Positions 63,832 through 64,000 of a stretch of 64,000 nt of DNA are shown piece by piece. The translations under genes were made by a program, and so were the position numbers. Under the pieces are notes generated by a model. That model had not been told where the DNA came from. It saw only the letters and a program-made list of their open reading frames with translations, and did not search any database. This DNA is from a virus. Within the stretch, counting starts at the first letter, position 1, and each line of letters opens with the position of its first letter. Location: the IMG/VR virus record IMGVR_UViG_3300011258_000777, positions 5,893 through 69,892 of that record; one strand, 5' to 3'.

Positions 63832-64000
63832 TCAGAAGATGAACCAGCCACCCATTGTAGAATCGTAAACGACCTTGATAGCAGCGTTTGGAACGTCTAG
63901 TGTGATGCTGGACTGACCATCAATCGTCTTGCCGTTACCAGCGACGATACAGGTAGCGTCAACACCGTTGTAGTTCTTGATGAACCAGAAGTCACCCTCG
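63832..64000 (-). CDS. 3' end of a putative fibre/virion protein (truncated by the window edge)
   Basis: Manual translation EGDFWFIKNYNG...GKTIDGQSSITLDVPNAAIKVVYDSTMGGWFIF-stop; resembles the C-terminus of 61476-62573. Confidence 0.7.
   Translation of the reverse strand, partial: EGDFWFIKNYNGVDATCIVAGNGKTIDGQSSITLDVPNAAIKVVYDSTMGGWFIF

Noticed and set aside
1-64000. Bacterial chromosome or integrated prophage, given groEL, clpP, dnaE, recA, purA and guaB
   Set aside because: These genes are divergent, lack their usual operon context and are interleaved on one strand with T4-like capsid, tail and gp32 genes. No integrase, att site or host-like boundary was seen.
1-64000. Stop-codon reassignment (alternative genetic code)
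   Set aside because: Conserved genes are full length in the standard code, and TAA, TAG and TGA all end genes at sensible positions.
1-64000. tRNA, rRNA or other structured RNA genes
   Set aside because: Intergenic gaps are short and explained by promoters, terminators or small ORFs; no cloverleaf was recognised by eye. A tRNAscan/Infernal run would be needed to exclude them fully.

Overview
This 64-kb window is an internal segment of a large T4-like (myovirus-type) bacteriophage genome. Essentially every credible gene is on the minus strand, read in the standard bacterial code, and the genes are tightly packed. The right end (41.9-64 kb) is the virion module: putative fibre proteins, a glycosyltransferase-like gene, prohead scaffold, gp23-like major capsid, neck, sheath, tube, tail chaperone, tape measure and baseplate. 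The middle holds replication, repair and nucleotide genes: DnaE, a short PolA-like polymerase, 5'-3' exonuclease, RecA, gp32-like SSB, DnaB-like helicase, class II RNR, ThyX, dUTPase, PurA, GuaB and UvdE. An endolysin and a proteostasis set (GroEL, GroES, ClpP, J-domain protein, trypsin-like protease, thioredoxin) are dispersed through the left and middle. Two regulatory signals are visible by eye: consensus sigma70 promoters before replication and metabolism genes, and a CTATTTA motif 20-55 nt upstream of virion genes. The most interesting observations are: (i) scattered non-structural genes that carry the virion-gene motif and/or N-terminal L/I-x-E leaders like those of the capsid and scaffold, suggesting a head-packaged cargo system that includes a 1490-aa tandem-duplicated polyprotein and a Pol-beta nucleotidyltransferase; (ii) a GHKL/MORC ATPase + adenine methylase + XhoI/PaeR7I-like endonuclease cluster; (iii) apparent absence of CTCGAG, GTCGAC, CTGCAG and GAGCTC; (iv) a candidate +1/-2 programmed frameshift in the tail chaperone; (v) several pseudo-enzymes, including a degenerate tubulin/FtsZ homologue. 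All family assignments come from motif recognition by eye, with no database search.
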